The notes under the pieces were generated by a model. The model did not search any database. It was not told the origin of the DNA and saw only the letters and a program-made list of their open reading frames with translations. A DNA stretch of 63,043 nt, the filler included, from Aduncisulcus paluster (lineage: Eukaryota), in NCBI GenBank assembly GCA_024181965.1. It is 4 parts of 4 records of this genome, joined end to end, with 100 filler letters (N's around TTAATTAATTAA, not from the genome) between each part and the next. Parts side by side here need not be neighbours in the genome. Positions count along the whole stretch, not along the records: positions 37,394 to 57,536 come from BQXS01012763.1; positions 57,637 to 63,043 come from BQXS01013473.1; 2 more parts are not named here. One strand, 5' to 3'. Shown piece by piece: positions 49,075 to 60,225 of the stretch (positions are counted from its first letter, which is position 1; the number at the start of each line of letters is the position of its first letter). A program made the translations under genes and the position numbers.

Positions 49075-50766
49075 AGAAGAGGAAGATAATCCAATGGCAG
49101 ATGAAGGATTCCTTCCTCTATTGTCCCGATATTCAAGTGGAGAAGTGGTCTGTCTAAGTGTGGAAGAACCAAGGGATGAGACAGTCTTGGACGTTGGAAT
49201 CATCGCCCTTCTTGATGAAGCGTTAATTGGAAGACCAGGGGAAGATGAGACAGGCATGCTGGCAGAAAGACGAAGAGATTCATTCTCTGTCTGGAGAGAT
49301 AGCATCTTTAATTCATATTCATGTTTCATTTTCTCTAAATTGGCTGTTAATTTGGCATATTTCAAGTCAACAGTGTCCCTTTTAACAGCAGTTTCATCGA
49401 TAGCGATACTATCAATCGACTGACGCAGAGAATCGATCTTACCGTATAATTCTTTCTTTACAACTTTATCATCAGCCAGTTCATCTTCCATTTCTTTCAT
49501 TTTCTTCCGTTGCCACTCGATATCATTTGTTTTCCGAGTGATCTCTCTCCGAAGCTTCTCACACTTAATCGACAGGGCTTCCATCTGGTCGGCATGCTTG
49601 CATGCGAGATTGGATTGGACAGTTTTGATAGTAGATACGTGACTAGATTGCAGGGAAGAACATCTCTCTTTGATAGTAGAAAGTTCAGCAGAGAGAGAAT
49701 CCCTTTTGGACTCGGCAGTATGCAACGAGAATTTCAATGATTCATTCTCTTCTTCATACGCGGCTACTTTCTTCTTCAAACGATCATTTTGAGCTTCTAA
49801 ATCACTGGCATTTTGTTCTTTAATCTTTGAATGGCCTTGGTACCTCGATGCTTTTTCTTCCAAGGCTCGTATCTGCAATAGAAGATCTTTTCTCTCAGCT
49901 GACCATTCTTCCTCCCTGTCGCTTATTTCATCAAGGTGTACTTGCTCAATTCGACTGAGATCATCGGTCTTTTCAGTCAAATGGTGGTGAATGGTTACTA
50001 AGTTGGAATTGAGACTCTCGTTTTCTTTACGGAGATGCTGAACTTCGGCAGTGAGACGAACAATCGATTTCTCACTGCTAATTGCACGATCTTTCATTGT
50101 TTCAAGCTCTGAGGATAATTGACGGGTGCGTTGAAGTTTTTCAGTCAAACTTTCGGCATTACGAACAGTCTCTGACAATTTAGCATCTCGTTGAAGTTTG
50201 GTTTCTTCTAATTCACGTTTTAAGTCACGAAAATTCTTTTCTAACCGTTGTTTGGATTCGGAAAGTTCCTTCAAGAGGTCCATTTTGGTTTGAACATCTT
50301 GACGTGAACTAGAAACATCTTTCATTAGTCTATGGTTTGATTTCTCAAGTTCGTCAATTAAGGCTTGCTTTGTTGACAGATCTTGAGAATGTGTTTCTTT
50401 GAGGGATATTTCGAGCTCTTCAAGTTCACGAATCCTATATTTTGCTTCTTTACCTTGTTTTAAAGAATCGTTAAGTGCTTCTTGAAGCTCAATATTTTCT
50501 TTTTCGAGCTCTGCGATTCTTTTATCGGAGGCACGCGTTTTCTGTTGAAGTTCAGAACAAGTATCGGATTTTTCTCGAAGTTCTTTTGATGTTTTATCAT
50601 ATTTTTGTCTTAATTTCCCTAATTCTCGTTGTTTTGATCTCAAATCTTGCTGGATTTTTTCATTTTCTACAGCGAGTTCTTCTCTAACTGAATCGGCTTT
50701 GGAACGAGCGAGAGTAAGGATCGTTTCTTCATATTCAGGAACGAAATCGTCGATGGTTCCAGACAT
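48670..50766 (-). CDS. Long coiled-coil protein with Ser-rich tail (~698 aa)
   Basis: First ATG at 50766; heptad-like E/K/L-rich sequence for ~500 aa. Confidence 0.85.
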
Positions 50767-51039
50767 AATATTGATATTTGAATACAAGGGACGAAATCGA
50801 CACCAATTGGCCTCTGTGAAATCCGATTGTAATATTATATTTGGAATAAACTAAATATTCGCATTATATTTAATTTTACTTATTAAAATGAATTATTATT
50901 ATTGATTTGACCAAGATTCATATTTTTCTCTCTGAAGGGAGAATTCTTGGGAGAATTACTTCAATAATATTAATATTGGCTTGAATAGAGCTGCAACATA
51001 ACCATTTAGAATATCACTATTATGTCCTTGTGGATTCTT

Positions 51040-52235
51040 CTAATATCGAGACTTTATTGTATAAAAAGTTTGGTGGGCATTAATTGAAAAATATATAACA
51101 CTCAAATGTTTCAAACTTTCATAGAAAGTGGCATAACACAATAATCCGCCAACAATAACAAACCATTCGGCGACGGCAAGCCAATTCCACAGAATAATAT
51201 GTTTTATCTCTTCAAGAATATCATTTGAATTAAAAAAATAATAGAAAGCAAACGAAATCAAACATATTGATAACATAACTGATGCAAAGCCAATAAATCG
51301 AAATATTTTTGAGAGAGGGGATAATTTGAATGAATTTAAGTCAATTGCCATCATGGTGAAAGCCTGGAAAACAACAGCAACAAGGAATGTAAGGGCGAAG
51401 ATGTGATGAAGAATGAGATAATTCTCGAAAAAGAAAATAGAAAATCCAATGCAAGAAACAAAGCATATCCATGATAGAACTTCAATGAGATTGGATATTT
51501 TCTTCGAATACGCAATGCTCCACCATGGCTTAGATCGTTGTTTGGAGCGATGGTTGTAACCAATACGGAGCCTTGATTTGCGTTGGCCGAGAGGAGTCTT
51601 GAAACTCTCATCTTCGATTGTAAGTTGACGCTGGATGGTCCGAACCCTTGCAGACTTTGACCAGGGACGTTGGCGGAATCTATCTNNNNNNNNNNNNNNN
51701 NNNNNCCAATGCAAGAAACAAAGCATATCCATGATAGAACTTCAATGAGATTGGATATTTTCTTCGAATACGCAATGCTCCACCATGGCTTAGATCGTTG
51801 TTTGGAGCGATGGTTGTAACCAATACGGAGCCTTGATTTGCGTTGGCCGAGAGGAGTCTTGAAACTCTCATCTTCGATTGTAAGTTGACGCTGGATGGTC
51901 CGAACCCTTGCAGACTTTGACCAGGGACGTTGGCGGAATCTATCTTGCTTTAAATTATCGTTGTTTCCACTTTTTCCGAAATATTTTGCATCCATCATAC
52001 GCTTGTAGTATAACCCAGTCAAAAGGACACCCACAGCTGTTAGTGTCATTGCTACAGAGAAAACGGTGAGGGTTATGGGTTCTTGAGAACGTGCTGTGGC
52101 AGAAAAAGTTGGAAACACGAAGAAAGAAGCTTCATTTGAGAGAAAGAATCTCCGAATGGTAAAACTAGAGAGGGAGAGACAAAATGTGGTTGTTAAAGGT
52201 GGAATATAAGGGATATAATGAGGAAGATCTCCCAT
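51040..52235 (-). CDS. Frag1/DRAM/Sfk1 (TMEM150-like) membrane protein; ~240 nt duplicated across gap 51686-51705
   Basis: Motifs FPTFSATA..P....FS, HHIFALTF and AVAEW....YATFYE, with six hydrophobic segments once the duplication is collapsed. Confidence 0.7.
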
Positions 52236-52437
52236 TTAATCGTCAAAATGCAAATTATTTCTTGCTCATTCGGAAAAAAGAGAATTTGTTGTTGTACAAT
52301 TTGTCATTTCTTTCTTGTCAATAATACGGGGATAATAAAATATTAATAATGCCACAAAATAGTTATATTATTGTTATTGATCGAAAAAGCAGGGAAGATA
52401 CTAATCTTATGATGACATTTTGGAAGGAATGATAGGA

Positions 52438-52794
52438 TTATTGGAATAGAGGCCCACGTCGTTGGTAGATCTGCCAAGACAAAATTAATGCAACAACAGC
52501 AAATATACTCAACAAAATCATTGACAACGGAGTCAATTTCTTATATTGTTTCCCACTGTGAGTTGTTGTTCTCAATTCATGCAATAACTTATCAATATCA
52601 CTTGTATCAACGGTAGATGACTTTGATTTAGAAGTTGAGCTTCCAATATCATCTTCTAATATATCAGGAGATTCTGACTCAAGTTTTTCCAACCGTTTCA
52701 TGGCTGTCTTTATCCCTTTAAGTTGTGAATATAATTGATCCATTTCTGATGATTTGGATCCCTTTTGGGGTTGTTTTCCGGGTTTTGTTGGCAT
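52438..52794 (-). CDS. Small tail-anchored protein (118 aa), possibly a divergent SNARE
   Basis: ATG at 52794, a short coiled coil and a single C-terminal TM helix. Confidence 0.6.
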   Translation of the reverse strand: MPTKPGKQPQKGSKSSEMDQLYSQLKGIKTAMKRLEKLESESPDILEDDIGSSTSKSKSSTVDTSDIDKLLHELRTTTHSGKQYKKLTPLSMILLSIFAVVALILSWQIYQRRGPLFQ

Positions 52795-52936
52795 TAGTGT
52801 TTTCAAAATCGGATTTTTGTTTTTTCGGTTCCATCTGTATTTTTCGGTTCCAGGCGATATTTTATTGTGAAAACGAGAATAAACTCAAAAAAAAAAAAAA
52901 TACACTCTAAAAAAATCATCCGAATTCACGCATAAC

Positions 52937-54169
52937 TCAATAATCCCTTCCTACAATGTATCTTAATAAAATGAGCAAAGGTTCTGAAAACCTTTCATCA
53001 ACAGGCTTTAAAGCTGTTGATATCTTGTCGGAAATCTTCTTTAACTCTGTTTTGTATCCCTTTTCAACTTCAACTGCCTCGTAAACATTTCTTACAGCAC
53101 GACAATCAGCATCAGAATTTCCAATGTTGTCAGCAAGAACTTTACGCATAGATTCGGTAAGTAAGGGACTATCTAGAGCATAGCATAATAACCAAGATGC
53201 CTTTCCCTCCTGAATATCGGTTCCAACCTTCCCAAGTTTCTCAGGAGGGCAAAATAGATCAAAGAAATCGTCCTGCATCTGGAACAATCTTCCCAAGCAC
53301 ACACAAGCGACATCGATCCCCGTGGCAATATCCTTTGTTTCGGCAGCAACCCCAGGACGTACTTTAATGGCACCAGGCACTTCCTTGAGGACATGATCAA
53401 CATCCTCAGGATGGTGGTACAGATACAACACAACACCAAGGGCATATGGAAGGTAGAAGGTGTAAAAAGAGGTCTTGTGGATGTGGATCTTCTTAACTTG
53501 AGAAAAGGAAGCAGATACACAACTACCCATTGCACGTGAGAGGGCTTCATGTCTGCAATCAAGGCATTCGCCAAGTTCTGTCATCCTTCCACAGTACATC
53601 AAAACGTCTAATAATGGATAATCGAAGAAATAATCAAAAATTTCATCCGGAAAGGCAGACTTTTTATCAAGGAAACGAATTTGTTTCAGTAATTTTTTTT
53701 CAACAAATGTAATAGTTTCATATGACGCTGTTTCAAGGATCCAAGCATCGATGAATGCCGTTAAACCAACATCTGGCTGTTTAATATCAGCCGATTTACC
53801 CATTTTAGTCAATTCTGTTTTGGTGGCCATTGGTGTTTTATAAAAGGGGAGCTTTCCTCTACGAAGAGTGGCCACATCAATTATATCATCTGCTGTCAAA
53901 TATGCAGCTTGTAATACTTCGACAGACCAGGCACAAAACAGGACATCTTCCGGGATCTCTTCAGTCTTAGACAACTGTAAATAAGTATCAATAAGAATAC
54001 AAGCGCGAATAAACTTTCCACCTGTTACAGTGAATTCAATGAGGAATCGAACATGATCTTCCAATTCAGGTCCGATGTCAGAACAATCAAATACTCGATC
54101 TGAAGCAAAATCAATATATTTAGGAAGAACTTCCAACAATTTTTCTTTATATACTTTATATCTTTCCAT
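52937..54169 (-). CDS. FPPS: Farnesyl-diphosphate-synthase-type trans-prenyltransferase, 410 aa
   Basis: GGKFIR, first Asp-rich motif AYLTADDIID..RRG, KTSFYTF, second motif FQMQDDFFD, and GKVGTDIQEGK. Confidence 0.92.
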   Translation of the reverse strand: MERYKVYKEKLLEVLPKYIDFASDRVFDCSDIGPELEDHVRFLIEFTVTGGKFIRACILIDTYLQLSKTEEIPEDVLFCAWSVEVLQAAYLTADDIIDVATLRRGKLPFYKTPMATKTELTKMGKSADIKQPDVGLTAFIDAWILETASYETITFVEKKLLKQIRFLDKKSAFPDEIFDYFFDYPLLDVLMYCGRMTELGECLDCRHEALSRAMGSCVSASFSQVKKIHIHKTSFYTFYLPYALGVVLYLYHHPEDVDHVLKEVPGAIKVRPGVAAETKDIATGIDVACVCLGRLFQMQDDFFDLFCPPEKLGKVGTDIQEGKASWLLCYALDSPLLTESMRKVLADNIGNSDADCRAVRNVYEAVEVEKGYKTELKKISDKISTALKPVDERFSEPLLILLRYIVGRDY

Positions 54170-54350
54170 TCAAGGTAACTATAAGAAACAGGTTGTATCA
54201 AATCTTGAGATTACAGAAATCTATTGTTTCCAGCTTGAAAATTCATGTACTGGCCCATTTATGCAAAATCCAATCAATTTTTTTACGTTTTTCACAAAAA
54301 ATGGAATAAATATATATATTTATCAATCTATGCATGTTGAAAGCATATGT

Positions 54351-56030
54351 TTATTTTGGGAGGTTGAAGCAACGGCTGATATGTGCCTTAAGCTCTGGAT
54401 CGGCGGTGTCAATCATCTCTTTGACCATTTCTTTGACACCACGATCAGTTCGTTTTGCAGTGATTCCAAATCTCAGTGCCTCTCGAGAGCCGTGGCGGGA
54501 ATATGCCTTCAAGAAAATGTGGCAATGCGTCTTCAGTTTCTCCTCTGAATCAAGTCCATACTTGGTAAGGTGAGTCTTCACACAGCTGACGACCTCATCG
54601 ACATCCCTGGAATATAATTTGAACCAATACCCATACATGGCACGAATGAATGATTCAATGGATGCATTGTCAAAGAGATCGATCCCAATCATTGAAGAAA
54701 TCTTCTTCGCGGGGACAGAGGCGAGGATGATACTAAGAACGGGCAGGGAGGAAGATGAACGGTGATTGTAACAATGCTTCTGGAAATCAAAGGCTGATAG
54801 TGGAGGAAGAGTGGAAGGAATACGGAGAATGCCGGAAGAAGAGGGCATCACAGAAATAGGGGGGGACTTGGGGTTAGCACTTGCATCTTCAGCTTTGGGC
54901 TTTGAAATTGGTTTGGATTCTTCACTTTCTTTCTTACAAATGACAGGTTTGGGTTGTAGTATAGTGGGTTTGGGAGAAGCTGGGGATGAGGAACGTTCAG
55001 AGATGATTCCTTTCGGGAGTTTCTCTTCAGTTGCTTGGATCTTTGGACTCTGAGGTTTTACATCAGCAATCTTGGATTCTGATTTTGCCTTCTCTTCCTT
55101 TTCTTGTTGCTTCTCTTCCTTTTCTTGTTGCTTCTTTTGGTGTTCTTCTGCAAGTCTTAAAGCTTCTTCTTCCTCTTCTTTTTGTTTCTGTTTCAATTGT
55201 TTCAATTGTTTTGCAGCTTCTTCTTCTTCTTGTTGTTTCTTTCTCTCTGCTTCTTTTTCTCGCCTTTGAGTCTCTTCTTCTTCCTTTCTTCTGGCTTCTT
55301 CTTCTTCTTCTTTTTGTTTTTGTTTTCTAAGTTCCTCTTCTTCCTCTTCTTTCTTCTTTTTCAATTCTTCTTCTTCTTTCTCTTTCTGCTTCTTTTGCTT
55401 TTCTTTTTTGGTGGAAGATCCATGCTTTGATGCCGGCGATAAGGCTTTCATTTTGGTCAATTTGGATAATTCTTTCTCAAGGGGTTTGCGGGTTTGGACG
55501 TTATTGGGACACTTTTTCAATCCAACCTCAATATCACAAATGGCTTCATCAAGCTTTCCTACTTGACAATACGAACGTGCACGATGCAAATGGGCTTTCA
55601 CATTGCCGGAATCAAGTTGAAGAGCCTTGGTACAATCACTGATCACTTGCTTATAGTTCGGCATGAGAGTTCTCAGCTCACAAATGGCTCGATTCGTAAA
55701 CGTTTTCGATTGGGGGAAGAGCTCAATGGATTTGGAATAACAAGCAATTGCTTTATCGTATTGGCCTTTTCTGAAAAGAGAATTTCCTTCTTGACGGAGT
55801 AATTCTCCTTCTTGCTCGGCATCAAGACATTTAGGAGGGGATTTAACAACATACGGAACGGCAGGTTTTGCAAATCTGCTTGAGAGTCGTTTCTTCCTGC
55901 GTTCTTGTGCAATTTTGATTAGACGGGCATCTTCTTCTTCTACCTCAGCAATAAACGAAGAGATTGATGCTAATGCATCTCTCATGTGCAATGCATTTTC
56001 TCTTATTTGTCGCTGCAACTCTAATGACAT
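54351..56030 (-). CDS. RPAP3: RPAP3/SPAG1-like TPR co-chaperone (R2TP)
   Basis: N-terminal ELQRQIRENA..., a carboxylate-clamp TPR (EGNSLFRKGQYDKAIACYS, NRA, NVKAHLHRA) and a C-terminal PPLSAFDF RPAP3_C-like domain. Likely start 56030 (alternative 56087). Confidence 0.75.
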   Translation of the reverse strand: MSLELQRQIRENALHMRDALASISSFIAEVEEEDARLIKIAQERRKKRLSSRFAKPAVPYVVKSPPKCLDAEQEGELLRQEGNSLFRKGQYDKAIACYSKSIELFPQSKTFTNRAICELRTLMPNYKQVISDCTKALQLDSGNVKAHLHRARSYCQVGKLDEAICDIEVGLKKCPNNVQTRKPLEKELSKLTKMKALSPASKHGSSTKKEKQKKQKEKEEEELKKKKEEEEEELRKQKQKEEEEEARRKEEEETQRREKEAERKKQQEEEEAAKQLKQLKQKQKEEEEEALRLAEEHQKKQQEKEEKQQEKEEKAKSESKIADVKPQSPKIQATEEKLPKGIISERSSSPASPKPTILQPKPVICKKESEESKPISKPKAEDASANPKSPPISVMPSSSGILRIPSTLPPLSAFDFQKHCYNHRSSSSLPVLSIILASVPAKKISSMIGIDLFDNASIESFIRAMYGYWFKLYSRDVDEVVSCVKTHLTKYGLDSEEKLKTHCHIFLKAYSRHGSREALRFGITAKRTDRGVKEMVKEMIDTADPELKAHISRCFNLPK

Positions 56031-56408
56031 CGTGGGGCTGCAAAGAAAATATCTTTCGAGCCTCGAAGGATTCGGAATCAATTTCATGCTTGATTTTAGC
56101 GTCTATTGGTTATAACAATGAATGATAACTCTTGTACTGTTTTTGTTCGGGTTGAAAGCCTTGACTACTTCAATCGATGGATTGTATCCCATCTAAAAAT
56201 ATTTTCATCCTTCACGATCCAGTATTGCCTTCATTAGAATGTGAGACATTTGGAATGTCCATTTCATGCGGAATTCTTTCATGTGATCCATCATTTTCAA
56301 CATCATGTGTCATGGCCTTCAGACCGTGCGGATGGGATTGTTGATCTCCTTTTCATTGTATTAGTTACAGGATTTAGTTACGTTTTTTCAATCTTATTTT
56401 AAATTATT

Positions 56409-57536
56409 ATGATAATAACAGATCAAGTCATTCTTCGAATTGTTGTGGCTATTGCTGTTGCTGAGCTAATTCCCAAAGGTGAGTCGGCAAAATCATTCAT
56501 TAAAGAATTAAAAACACATCCAAAATATGTTTCTCGTCTTTCTAAAGAATTTTCTAAAACTCTTGGACTCCTTAGAAAAACTCAAGTTCAAAGAAGTGAT
56601 ATTTTTGATGTCTTCAAGAAAATGTTAACAACAGTTTCCACAAGTGATGTTTCAGCAAGAAGTCTTCTTAGCAAAGGAGATTGGTCTCGTGTTCTTCCAT
56701 CCGATGATGAAAATGTTGTAAAATCATTTGTAGCTATTTTGGATGAAATATCTTCCTGTCGTAGTTATGAAATGGCACGAGAAGTTGTTGGTGATCGAGT
56801 TATTGCGTTTGATGGTGCTAAACGTGTCTCAAAGTCTTCGTTGGAAGTCGCAGGTGATAAACTTGGTGCAGTTTCCTCAATATTTCTTCTTAGAATGGTT
56901 TCTTTGTGCTGTTCTCGTGGGTTTTTATCTGATATTATGTCATTTCATACCTTGGCAATGAAATCTGCCACCTCCACTACTAGTTCTATTTTTAGCAAGG
57001 ATGAGTGTGAGTACGAAGACGAAGGCCATGATTTATTTGATTCATTTCATTGGAAATTCTCTGGATGTTCATGGATACAAGAAACATCTGATAAAGTTAC
57101 TGAGTCTGCTTCTGATGTGAGAAAGAAAACCAAGAATGAGAAACTTGAACATGGAAACCCACAAAAAGAAGAAAGAGAAGAAGAAAGAGAAGAAGAAAGA
57201 GAAGAAGGAGTAGAGAAGGATGATATTGAGGGTGAAACTGAAGAGCAACAAATTGACGATATCATTCACGAAGGAGATATATGTCATGTAGATATTCATG
57301 AAGAGCACAAAGAAGAGGAATATGAGCGTGAGAAAGAGGAAGAGGATCGCCTATTAATATCTGTGATGGAGGATTCAAACAGAAGGGTTGGTGATGATAC
57401 GTTGAGTGATTCAAGTGATGTCAATCTCTCTCTACGAGTCATTAATCCCCATACCAGTGAAGGAATAAGGTCCACCTATGAATTGGCATCATTGAGTTAC
57501 GAAGGAAGTGTTTCGTATGGGACTCATAAGCTTAAG
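56409..57536 (+). CDS. Hypothetical acidic protein, 3'-truncated by spacer; 5' end uncertain
   Basis: Open for ~376 codons to the contig edge; acceptor-like AACAG at 56421. Confidence 0.7.
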
Positions 57537-57636
57537 NNNNNNNNNNNNNNNNNNNNNNNNNNNNNNNNNNNNNNNNNNNNTTAATTAATTAANNNNNNNN
57601 NNNNNNNNNNNNNNNNNNNNNNNNNNNNNNNNNNNN

Positions 57637-59483
57637 GGCAGAGAAAAGAAGAGGAAGAAAGACAAAGAAGAGAGGAAGAAGAGGAACGGCAGAGAAAAGA
57701 AGAAGAGGAAAGACAAAGAAGAGAGGAAGAGGAAGAAGAAAGAATTGCTGAAAAAAATAGACAAGACGCTCTAAAAAGTCTCCAACTCGAACAGTTACTC
57801 CAAGAAAAATTGAAATCAGAAGCGGAAGAGAGAGAAAGACAGAGGAAAATTCGAGAGAAAAAAGAAGAAGAAGAGAAATTGAAGAGAAAAGAAATAGAAG
57901 CCAGAGAGCAAGCCGCAAAAGAGCAAAAAGCTAGAGAAAAAAAAGCAAAGGAAGAACAAGAAGAAACCCTAACGAAACACAACAAAAGCAATATCCAAAA
58001 CAAAGAAGATCTTACCCTAGAAGATGATAAATCTCCAGTTCTTACAGATGAGCAAACCACACCACAACAAGCGGACAATATTGATGAGATCAAACCATCC
58101 AAATTCCCTAAACAACACCCATCATCTTATTCAGGGACATCATCTTATTCAGGGACATCCCTGGTTTCTATTGACCCAATGAGGCTTTCAAAGGATGATT
58201 TGCTGCAAGAAGAGTCTCAGCTGACTGATAGTATCATTGAACGTCCCTTATCTTCCTCTCCCCTCTCCTCTTTCCAAGAAAAAAGCATAAAGTCTAAGCT
58301 CCATGACCTACGATTGGCTCTCTCGGATTCAAGGTCGATTGCTGAGGAGAGATTTGTCCATAACCGACGTCTTCAAGATGCTCTTGATAAAGAACGTATA
58401 GAAAGCAATGAGTTGCGTGCCAAACTGGCTAAATCAGAGAGTGAGTTGTCTGAAATGAAGCGTAAAACGAAGCTACAACGCAGGGTTGACAAAGAAATGG
58501 TCGAAGAGTGGAAATTAAAGGAATCAACAATGCAGACTTCAATTGAGACTCTGTCATCCAATTTGTCTGAAAAAGAATCGCTCTATGAACGTGTGTCTGC
58601 AGAAAACAGGAGTATGATGTCAAAGCTCAAAGATATCACGGACAATCCGTTACGTGTCACCGTACGGATATTATCTGAAGAGAGAGACAAATATTTCTCT
58701 CGAATCAAAGAATTATCATCAGAATTGACTGAGACTAAGACCAAGTTATTGGACATTCGTCGTGTACATTCAGGACTTAAACAGTCATTGAAACAGATGT
58801 CTACTATGAAAATGAGGATTCAAGAAGAGAATACTCTCCTTAAAAAGCAACGTGAAGATCTGTATCAGCTTGACATTCATGATATATCTCAGGCTATGAC
58901 CTCTGCAGATTCTTTAAAAAGGGATATTGCTTCATTGAAGGACACTTTCACAGGAGTTAGACAGGCTATGGAGATGAAACAAGAGCCTGGTGAAGATGAT
59001 GAAATGAAAGACTTGAAAGATAAGCTTCTTGAAACACAAGAACAATTGAAGAAATATGCCCATCAAGATGCTGAGATTGATTCAATCTCAAGTCTGGCCG
59101 AGAGAATCCTATGTTCCATTGATGATCCATTAACAAACCCCCAGATTCACCATCTATGGTATCCAACGCCGCCTGCTTCTTCTTCTCCTTTGGATCATGC
59201 AATCGTGTCTTTATTAAGGGAGTTAAAGTGCCCTATCAAAGTGGAGATTAAGAAGCTTGGCGAAGGGAGTTATTTTATCGATCGTAAGCTCAGATTAAAG
59301 CTTGTTAATGGCCAAGTCCTTGTACGTGCAGGAAGTGGGAGTATGACTCTTGCCGAATACATAAAGAGTTTGTATGCCCATGTGTGGTCGGCCATGCGGA
59401 TTGATATGGGTCCAATCACTGAGGAAGAGAGTGTGACGATTGGATATGCAAAGGCTGGGGAATTGTACCGTGAAAGAGAGTGA
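57637..59483 (+). CDS. Coiled-coil protein with C-terminal GAS2 (GAR) microtubule-binding domain, 5'-partial
   Basis: LDHAIVSLL..CPIKVEIKKLGEGSYFI..VLVRAGSGSMTLAEYI (59190-59375) fits the GAR pattern (GEG.Y, VMVRVGGGW..L..YL). E/R/K-rich helix at the N-terminus. Confidence 0.8.
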
Positions 59484-60225
59484 ATCTAAATTATGTTAAA
59501 TTTATTTATTTATTTTTTTTTTTTACCTGTAATTAATCTCCTTCCTTGCCGTGAGAGTCACTAAATTTATCTTTCTCAGCCTTGGGATCAAGCTTTGATT
59601 TGCTAAAATAAAACTGTGTTTTTTTGGATTGATATTTGGTGGATTTCATATTCTGAGTACTCAGTGAGTGCAATATACTGTATATTATACTCGATAAGAA
59701 CATCCATTCATCGAACTTCAATGCATCAAAGTATCATCGGAGTGAATTGACGTGATACTACCAACCGGTTGTACACTGTACAGGGCCTGCAATACGGGTC
59801 ATTACCTCCATATAAATAAATTTGCTAGCCGCTCCTTTAAGGTTAAGAATAATTCCCAATAGCAAGAATTACCAATTCTAAGTAGTGCTTAATAAGTAAT
59901 TATTTTACCGGTCCATATCTCCGTTTAATCTCGGTGCAACTATTTCCTCACTGACAGAAGGTCCAGCCATGCATTGTGGCATCATATGAGCATGATATTG
60001 GGAATTATTGGGAATATTTTGAGTCGTGTAATATACGTAAATTTGTTAACGGTCATAGTTATTATATGTCAATTGTTTGTTTGTGAGTGTGATTGAATAA
60101 AACCCCACAGTTAAAGTTGCCAACTTACAGTGTAAAGTCAGATTTTTTTTTTTAGAATTACCACAGTCGAGGTCTACACCGTGTTCATTTTCAATAAATT
60201 TGACTGCTTTAAGAAAAGTATTGTA

